From the NCBI RefSeq assembly GCF_008831285.2, contig NC_045138.2, forward strand, positions 16,430,001-16,494,000: a stretch of DNA of 64,000 nucleotides, given 5' to 3'. Positions within the stretch are counted from its first letter, which is position 1, and every line of letters begins with the position of its first letter. The notes beneath the pieces were generated by a model. The model ran no database searches. It was given only the letters and a program-made list of their open reading frames with translations, and was not told the origin of the DNA. Source of the stretch: Nymphaea colorata (taxonomy: Eukaryota). Positions 55,001 through 64,000 of the stretch are shown piece after piece. The translations under genes and the position numbers were made by a program.

Positions 55001-55138
55001 GTCTAGTACTAACCATAGGCCACCCCATCATCATATTCTAATGTCACCACAGAATGTTAAGTGGTTCAGCTATACATACAGACTGGAAACTAGCAGCGAA
55101 AATCAAAAGGACAATGCTCCTAGAGAAGGTCATCGTCT

Positions 55139-58100
55139 TTAATAACGATCCTCGAACGACGGGGGCCGCCCACGTGCAGGACGGTCATAGGGGCCTGGCC
55201 TGTCTCGGTAACTTCCTTCATAACGTGTTGGGCCACCGCCACCACCGTAACGCTCCGAGCTCCTCCCACCTTCCCTCTCATAACCCCTGTCCTTGTTGTA
55301 TCCATTCTGAGGATACCTATCTGCCGCGCCATAGCGGTCAGCATTAAAACGATCAGCTCCAGTGGGGTATTTGTCACTTGGATAACGGTCACGAGCATCA
55401 CGGCCGCCATACCTGCTATCTCTACCATCAATTCGGTCTCTGTCTCCATAGCGGCCACCATCATAACGATCATCACCATAGCGGTCGCCATAACGATCAC
55501 CTCCAAAGCGGTCGCCCCGTCCACCTGCATACCTTGACCGTGATGAGAACCGTCCTTCATCACCACCACCAGCAGAAGGGCATTCACGGGCCCAGTGGCC
55601 AGGACGACCACACTTGAAGCACTCCGAACGTCCAACAGGCGCTTTATAGCCCCGATCCCCTCTGTCTCCCCCTCCATAGCTCCCACGGCTACCACCACCA
55701 CTACCACCACCACCATATCCTGTGCCACTCTCTCCAAGCTTTGGCTCAGCTCGATTCACAGATATAATTCGTCCATTCAGTTCCCTCCCATGCAGCTCAT
55801 CTATGGCAGCTTCCACTGCCCGTCGGTCAGAAAAGGTCACAAACCCAAATCCCCGAGGACGATTTGTACCTCTTTCCAGCATAACCTACAAATTAGAAAA
55901 ACAGCCTTCACCATCAACCCATAAATTTACCATCAACCCATAATAAGGAAAGGAGTGATGAACCACCGAGAAAAGCTACAAAGCTTGGTTGATATATAAC
56001 AAGGTTTCCACAAAAATACATCTACTTCCCATTTTTGTAGCATATCGGAATGCTCAAACTTCAGTGCCGAGGTGTTTGACAGTAGAAACAAGTGGGACGA
56101 AGGGTGGATATACAGAGGGCGGTATGAGAAAAGAAAGAGAGAGAGAGAGATGGATGAGCGCCATCGAGTAAGCGAATTGACTGGGTTTTCACTCATGGGT
56201 TTCAAGCATGCAATGCAATGGAAAGAACTCGATGAATTTTGACGAGGATCAGCAAGTCCATCTCAGATGGACTAACAATACACTAATCCATAGAAATATC
56301 AGTCAATCAGAAGCCACTATGCAACCAACACGAGACAAATTGACAAGTTGTCAACACAACGAATCAAAAGGGCCAGCAAAAAAAGTGTTCGACTGACATG
56401 AAAAGGCAGTGTATGACAGTTTCATATAATATATAAGCAGTACCATGACATGCTGGAAAATAGCTTAGCCAATGGTCACTCAAAAACAGACAGATATACA
56501 ACACAAATATATGATAATCTAAAAGGTGGAAATTTCTGTCGAAGATGGCAAAGATTTGATGCTCTATAAGAGAAATAATCTAGCCTTTACTTCAGGCTTG
56601 TAAATAGAACCCCCAAGTTCAAATACCCACATAAGGAAAACCAGACAGAATAGAGAAAAAAATGTTATCAGCATTCACAAACAGCAGTAAAGCTTTGAGA
56701 CAAAACATATAATAACTGAAGAGGAAGATAAAAATATCACTATGCTCATAAGTTAGCAGCGTAGATGGCAAGGACACCACCATGATCGATCCATATTAGA
56801 ATCTTTACAAAGCAAAGTACATTTTCTGTTGTTAAAATTTAAGGAGCACCACATTGATGATTCCATGTAGACACAATCATAGTTAAGACAAAAAGATGTT
56901 AATCGATGCAATTAATTTTCAACAAACATGAACATGCAAGTGTATTGAGAACTCGTTACACCAGGAAGCCAGGAAGCAGAAAAAAAAAGCCTCAGATATA
57001 TTCATATCTAGTGGCAACCACAAATTCTGTACATTGTTCCTTCTGATGCTGAAAGTATTGGAGAAATTAGATTTTTTATTTCAAAGTGATGACAAAAGCA
57101 CCTTCTATACCTTCCGTTGTATAGCCAAACAAACTACAGGTTCCCATCTCTTTCCACCCCAAAAAACTTCCAGAAAATAAAAAAATGCAAAGCATAGCCT
57201 CTTATAAATGCTAAAATACACACATGGAGATAGATACATGTACATGAAGATGCCTACAACAACTCCGATGAGGAGAAATTTGACCAGTCACCTAGACAAC
57301 CAATTATTCTTTAATTAAATCAAGAAGTGCAAACATCTCGAACACATAGAATACAAGGATGCAGAAATGGAGACAGCTTGGCCTTGGCAAAATAATAACA
57401 TAGAATAATAATAATAATAATAATAATTACTATATCATACAAGAGAAATTAGGCAACAGATTCTAAATATGAATGATTATTATTAGTTTACGAGAAATAA
57501 ACATGAAGCAAGACACTCTAATCAATATATTTGGTAGAAGAAACTGATGAAGTAACAAAATCATGAATTAAAGTGTTTGTTTGGGTACCAGTATGAGTTC
57601 TTACTTAGACGGCAGCTTCTGAACTTGTGGAAAGTGGTGTTTTCTTCCAATTCAATGTCATCCCCAACCATAACACAAAACAACAGAAAGAACAAAACAG
57701 CAAATTTCCAACCTGAGATCCTCCAGCAAATTCATCTCACAAATATAGCATCAAATTTTGACTACCCGAGTTAGACTATCATGAACAAGCTGACAACTGG
57801 TTGAAGGTGAGAACACAAGAATCACATTTGCATTCTTTTCCTCTGGCTACTAAGATATTATTCTATCAAAAAATGTTCCTCTAAATGTAGTACGTCTGCC
57901 AGCATCAGACTGAAAGTAGGCACAAGAACTTCTGCCAAAGCCAACATGGGTCGCATAGGCATTGAACAACAACAGCCAGTCAAGTTCAACACCAACTCCC
58001 AATGTGCACTGTCAATCTTTGGCAAAATTCTAAAAGTATTTCTGATACGCTTCACTCAGAGTTCCGCTGTCAGGCTCTAACTGCATCTGGTGCTGTGTGT

Positions 58101-60010
58101 AAAAAGTATATTGTTCGATTTACCAAGAAAAAGGGAAAAAAACTGTGTAACTCCACTGGTTAATCACAGGCTACTGGGTTTTCTGTCACTAATGAGGACT
58201 TAAGGATAGTTCCATGGAGAAAAAAATTATGTGAAACCAAAGCCCTCCACAATGTTGAGCATAATTCCAAAAATTTCAGGAACATCAATTTTGTCCCAGT
58301 GTTGCTCCCACACATCATTTCTTCCAAATGTACAATGTATGACTTTTTCCCAAGTTGATAGCATATTGGATGAAGAAACATGCACTAGAATGAGCCACTG
58401 CTTGGTTCTGCCACACACCAACGACAGCAAGCACACCGAGAATACTGATCTGCAGTTGATTCTTCAATCACGTTGCTATCAGTATACTCCAAGGGGAAGG
58501 GGAAAAAATAGATTACTCATGATGAGACTTTTAGTTTGTCAAAATTATTGCTTCATAATTGAAGACTTCGGTTCTAAAGAAACACTTGGACATGTTCTAT
58601 GACACAAATAGCACCTTACATTGCGTGCCACAAAAACAACAGTGGAGATCAAGATCTAGCAACTCTAGAGGAGTTCCAAGTCTGGCCAAACAGTCATGGC
58701 ACCATAATGCTCAGACCAGGGACTTGTAAAAGGCAAATTAAGCCCTAAATAGCGGAACACAAATTTCTTGACGTGTCAACCATTCATTATACAATAAAAA
58801 CACTTTCAATATTATATCTGCAGTCTTCGCAAGTTGTTCCTAATATGTAAATTCTCAAAACAGATGAAACAAATTTCCTCGGGAAACTGCAAGATAATAG
58901 ATCAGCAGAAAGACTGATTCTGTGGAGCATAACCTATCCACCCCAAAAATATGATCGGTCAAATTACACTAGCAGTTGCATACTCTGATATATTGAAGAC
59001 TACTGGACAGCAACATCTTCCACCGGATTAATCAGCCACTGCCAGATATAACCAACCAAAAAGACCATCTGGTAGATGTATCCAGTCCATAGATCTCTCC
59101 CTTTTTACAACTTACTATTCAGATTGATTGTGGTGGCTGTACTCAAAATCTTCAAACAAACTACATCACCGAAACATATCCTAAAACAAGAGCGTTAGTT
59201 GCTGCTTTCTTCAGAATGCTGATCTCTGACACGATTAAACACAAAAGCATACACTAGAAGATGCCTGCGCCGGCACACTGGAGAAGTCCATGCCTGAAAG
59301 AAAAACTAACGCCAACACCAACCTAACAATCTCCGCAAAAACATGTACAAATCAACAACAAAATCCTCATAAAACCACTCTCATCGCGAGATGCACCAAG
59401 TCGAATGGTCAAACACAACAGACAATAAATATACAATCTGATCAGAGAACCTCTGCTCTGTGGTGCCATTTCTGATACTCCCCAAGATGCTTAAACCTGG
59501 CAGATCCACGGAGAAGAACTACACGCATAGCAGAACAGGCACAAGAAAAGGTCGTGCAAGCAACCGGAAAGCATGCTCTCCCAGCATACCAACCAACTAA
59601 TCAAACCTCATGGAAGCGTTCCAGAGTTCCCAAAATCCACAACTCCAAAAAGGAAAAAAAATAAGTTATTAATCCGTACAAACAAGATAAAGGGGAAAAA
59701 GAAAGACAGCAACCGCAAACCCTAACCCTAGAACAAACACTCATTTTTTAAATCTAAAAAGAAATCAAGTTACTAACCGTGGAAACTCGGAGACGGGAGA
59801 ATTCCCCGACTAAGATGAACATGGGAACGCTAATAAAAGAAAAGAATCCTGAGAAAATGAAAAGAGACCGAACAACAGAAACCCTAACCCCAACCACACC
59901 TGAGCGTCAAGAACCTTGCCGAACCGGCTAAAGGTGTCAGCAAGCTGTCGATCCGTGGTCTCCCACGCCAAACCGCCCACGAAGATGCGGGCGTCCTCCT
60001 TTCCCGCCAT
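55139..60010 (-). CDS. RZ1C: Glycine-rich RNA-binding protein RZ-1B/RZ-1C type (RRM + CCHC zinc knuckle + RD/RG-rich tail), 285 aa; join(59900..60010, 55139..55885)
   Basis: Exon 1 encodes [16 protein letters not shown] (RNP2) and ends in a phase-0 donor CAG|GTGTGG. The acceptor TTTGTAG is followed by [18 protein letters not shown] (RNP1), [14 protein letters not shown], and DRYG repeats. The N-terminus resembles Arabidopsis RZ-1C as recalled. Confidence 0.93.
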
Positions 60011-61179
60011 CCTTCTTCCCCGTTCCGGTTAAACTATGACCAAAAGAAAGAAGAATAAAAAAAATTTAGGGTTTTAGGCTTCCAGAATGAAAATGAAGAA
60101 ATAACAACGAAGGACTCGATGAAACACCAAAAACCCTAGAAAACAACAGAACCTGCAGATCAAGGAACAAGGGGGAAGGGGAAAGTGGGAAAGAGGTAAA
60201 GAGGAAGACTACGCGCTCACTCACGGTATTTGAATAACAGGGACAAAGCCTTCAACCTTCGCCTCTCTCTCCCCTCCCCTCTCGACTCGAGCGTCGTCCT
60301 CTTCCTCCCGGCAAAATGCGGGAAATCATCGCCCCCAATTTAAAACCCTAGCGACTGTGCTTCCATGGATCGGTTTCGTACCGATAAATTAACCCGAACC
60401 GAAATTTTTTGTTTGTGAGTACGAACTGGTACCACACTCAAATCGGAGACGCGTCCCTCCTTCCCTACCCTGACCCGAATATTCGCCGAATATCCACGTA
60501 CCGGTACGCCGGTTCGACAATACCGGTATGGCGGTACGGGCCGGTACGTTTGGATCTGGTTTCGGGTCGAAACCAGATCCAAACCATATCATAAAAACCT
60601 AAAACCTAAAATCGCACGGGCCGACCTTCCTCTTTCGTCTCGACTTTGTTCCTTCCGTCTCGACTTTGTTCCTTCCTTCCCTCGGTGGTGAGTTCTTGCA
60701 GCAACCTTGGGTAGCGGCGGCGGACGGCGGCTGGCGAGTGGCGACGGACGGTAGACGGAGGCTTCAGACGGTGGACGGCGGCGGCAGTGTTTAGGGTTTT
60801 GTCTCTTAATGCCCGATTTTGTGATTAAATAGTAAATACACGTTTTGGCTTCTCGATCTGTGATTTTCTCTCTTGATATATAGTTTCATTTGCCGTTATT
60901 CTTTTCATTGATTGCATTAATGCCCGATTCTGTCTCTTGATGCCCGATTCGTTCTTCGTTGTTTTGGGAACATTTTATTTTTTATTTTAATAACTTAGGA
61001 GATTGTCTACTGTGATGATAGCATTTGGTTTTATCAAATTTTTGAATTAAAAATATATAATAATATATAATATTCGCCGTACCGCCGTATCAAGAACACC
61101 GTACCAGTACCCGCACCCGTACCGGTACCATTGTGAATTCTTCGTCCTTTCCATCAGAAGCAGTAGGGTTTTAGGGTTT
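59717..61179. promoter_or_regulatory. Bidirectional RZ1C/NOP10 promoter region with eight telo-boxes
   Basis: AAACCCTA/TAGGGTTT at 59717, 59879, 60067, 60131, 60343, 60792, 61164 and 61172. Telo-boxes are established cis-elements of plant translation and ribosome-biogenesis genes. Confidence 0.7.
60480..61136. mobile_element. hAT-like relic inside the RZ1C/NOP10 intergenic region
   Basis: Clusters of GTACCG/CGGTAC motifs at both ends. The reverse complement of the right end (TCACAATGGTACCGGTACGGGTGC) resembles the left subterminus of the 49911 hAT (TCACCATAGTGCAGGGTGTGGGTGC). Terminal bases and TSD not recognisable. Confidence 0.55.
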
Positions 61180-61666
61180 TGCGAGTGGTCATCGTCCGGC
61201 TACTGTCGGTCAGCTCTCTATCTCTCAGAAACTCTCGTGTGCGGTTCTTCTTTGTATTTGTTTTGACTATTATTGGTTATTATTGGTGTTGATCTCCTCA
61301 GACCTGATAGAAATAGGAGATCTTAGTGTTCCCGCTTTGTCTTGGTGAATTAGTAGGATTGCAAAGGTAATAAAAATAGTTATCCAGTAAGGGTGATATT
61401 TATGCGGCATCTTCTATTCACTAATGAATTTTCCCACTTCGCTCTTCACTGATCGAGGAGCAAAAATCATGAGGCTAAACCCTTAAATAGTTTTTATTCT
61501 TTTGATAGTCTTGGAATAGAAATGTATTATAGCGGAAGGGTGGTTTGCTATTTCTTGCTGGTTCAACTTGTTATGTCTTCAGATTAGTTTTACGAGTTAT
61601 GCATGTTGTATGAGTTCTAAATGATTGCTTCTGTCTAATTGTTTGGCAGCTCAAGGTCGTTTAGCC

Positions 61667-63657
61667 ATGTATCTTCAATACTACATAAACGAGAACGGTG
61701 ATAAAGTTTATACGGTTAAGGTACTATTTTGTTCTTGCATTATGAGGTTTTGCTACGGAAACGAGATTTTTATATCTGTTGATATCCATTGCTCCAGTAA
61801 CATCATGATCATCTCCCAACAGAAAAGTTTGGGTACTTGCTAAATGTTATTATATCTGTGTCGGTATATTTATATTTAGTTGTAACTATTTTAGATCTAT
61901 TTCATTGTATGCATTGTACTGCTAGATTTGCCTAATCATATAATCCTGAACGCTTGATTCCACAGTGATGGTACAGTAACCAAACGTTATCATCGTCTAG
62001 ATTCAACATAAAGCTCCATCGACTTTCTGTGGCCACATCGTATTTGTGGTTCATATCTATTTCCATCCACAGATAGAAACACAAGTAGAAACCTCATATA
62101 ATCAATGATGTATCAGTCCGTAAGGAAGTCCCTTATTCTGGTTGTCTATGGAAGATCGGCAGTCCTTTGAATGTTTCAGAGATGGCATGTAATATAGGTC
62201 ATAGGTGCAGATGCTTGGGTAGGTTTGTGTTTTAAAATAACAAAAAGTAATTGCAGCACTATTGAGTTACTTTAAATTGAGTTCACATTGCTGGTTCAAT
62301 ATTTTGAACACCCAGAATCGTATTGCAGCAACATACAAGACACTGATTTGTTTTCTGGGATTTGCATGTGTTATATCAGGGTCTCAGAAACTGCACCTAA
62401 GATATTTGAACTTTGTAGGAACTAGGAATTACCTTTATCGCCATTTAAAGTTGCAAAGATGGCTAGTATTGGCCTGTATATTGTGTCTTCCTTACAGATT
62501 CAAAATACTGGCTTATTTTTTTCTCCAGCCATCTGAGATGTCTCAGATATGCTATTTAACCTATTTTATGGTTTAATATGTTGAGTAGTGTTTCATAGTC
62601 CTTTTTGTTTTTAAGAGCGCATGTCAATTCGCTAACCATGGTTTCCTTTATTATTCTGTAGAAAGAATCACCATTAGGAAAGGTAACAGAGTCTGCTCAT
62701 CCAGGTAAAGCTCATCTCCACAATTTCTGATTGTCAATTTTTCACATCATATTAATAATAGTGGTGTTTGCTCACTCACCTTATGTTTCTGTGGAATCAT
62801 TGACATATATATATATGGTATGAATGAATTGAATTTGTGAATATATATATGCATGTGTTATGATATGAAACTGCAACAATTACTGTAGTATAATATTTGT
62901 TTGCATGGATACACTCATTAAAGACAAAACTGACAGTTTGAGGTACAGCAAAATCTGGTTGTTTGTTAATTACATATGTTAAATGTGTATCCTATCACAA
63001 AAACATGAAAGTGGACATGTGACTTGGCATGAACATGAAAGTTGATTTTGTCAAGCTCCAACAAAGATTTCATTTGTTGCATGAAGTTGTCACGTTAGGT
63101 GGTGGTGCACCCCTTGTTGCCTGAAGTTGACTCTGAACATGTGCACCATGCATAAGTTGTATTGATTCTCAAAATCTGACGCTTCGAGCTTTGCCTATGT
63201 GAATTTTGGTATAACTTCTTAGCCATGTCAACGTTAGCTGAGAAACTAAAAAATAAAAATTGTTTCTGATTAGCACCATGGTTGAGGTGGTGGTGGAATT
63301 TGAAAGCTAAAATACTTTAGTAAATAGTAACAAGACTGCTAGGCATCTTGTTTCTAGTTGCTGATCGAAAGTTATAATGCCATCAATGGGTTGGTGAATT
63401 CTGAACCATTCATGGTGGTGTGGTTAAAAGTTTGAGGCTTGACATTGTCTTTGTGCTCCAATAATTCTTGCTTTTGTTTTAGGAACTAGGATTTTGGTTT
63501 CCTTAGTTGCCCTTCTGATATTATGAATGGCTAATATCTGTTTGTTCACTTTCTTTCAGCTCGCTTTTCCCCAGATGACAAATACTCGAGGCAGAGAGTC
63601 ATGCTGAAGAAGCGGTTTCACTTGCTTCCAACACAGCAAGCTCCCCCTAAATACTGA
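61667..63657 (+). CDS. NOP10: H/ACA ribonucleoprotein complex subunit 3 (NOP10), 64 aa; join(61667..61720, 62662..62704, 63560..63657)
   Basis: [64 protein letters not shown] carries the canonical [14 protein letters not shown] motif. Introns are GT-AG and in phase. A probable 5'UTR intron spans 61209..61649. Confidence 0.97.
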
Positions 63658-64000
63658 GAGATTATTGTCATGGAGTAGATTGTAATCCTTTATCTAGGAT
63701 ACAGTTTAGGATGTGCTAGTTTGGTATGACGGGATGCCTGTTACTGTTAGTCAGTGGCAGCCTCCTGTAGGATTATAAACAATGGAAGCGACATTTGGTT
63801 GATGAACGGCAATACTCCTTCCTCTTTTGTTAATGCAAATCTTTGGTGGATCGTTGTTCTGTTTGACTTGTTTATAGCTAGCTTGCCATTGAATCCCACA
63901 TGCTGATGGATTGCTGATTATACAAGGCTGAGCTAGTGCTGGAAGAGAGGATATGAGAGGGTGATGAGAAGGCAAGATCTATTCGAGGGGTCGATATGTT

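Noticed and set aside
55120..55737. 205-aa alternative-frame ORF overlapping the RZ1C exon (and the antisense ORFs there)
   Set aside because: Shadow frame of the Gly/Arg/Asp codon repeats, which lack stops in the shifted frame; no independent coding signal.
59717..61179. Interstitial telomere or telomerase RNA locus
   Set aside because: The motifs are dispersed single telo-boxes at gene 5' ends, not arrays; no USE+TATA Pol III promoter was recognised.
62025..62045. GGCCACATCG resembling the snRNA USE element in NOP10 intron 1
   Set aside because: Imperfect match with no correctly spaced TATA box or recognisable snRNA/snoRNA downstream.

Overview
Flowering-plant nuclear DNA (spliced genes, AT-rich TE-littered intergenic DNA; no prokaryotic operons, CRISPR, rRNA or tRNA genes seen). 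I reconstructed six genes by hand from splice sites and reading-frame phase. (1) First exon of a WAKL15/WAKL20-type wall-associated kinase-like gene on the minus strand; its later exons were not found in the window. (2) A complete head-to-head paralogous WAKL receptor kinase on the plus strand (3 exons, 645 aa). (3) An intronless 83-aa 'MEGLIP...' small plant protein. (4) A 10-exon A1 aspartic protease of the A36/A39-like group with a GPI-like tail (502 aa). (5) A glycine-rich RRM+CCHC RNA-binding protein RZ-1C (285 aa). (6) NOP10 (64 aa), divergent from RZ-1C across a telo-box-rich promoter that contains a hAT-like relic. Mobile DNA includes a complete 1064-bp Copia-derived TRIM-like element in protease intron 8, a hAT MITE with a perfect 8-bp TSD, a Tourist MITE and a long fold-back element. 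The best leads are the divergent WAKL pair, candidate unproductive-splicing architecture in RZ-1C, and the TE-split RZ-1C/NOP10 bidirectional promoter. None of these is demonstrated to be a novel system from sequence alone.
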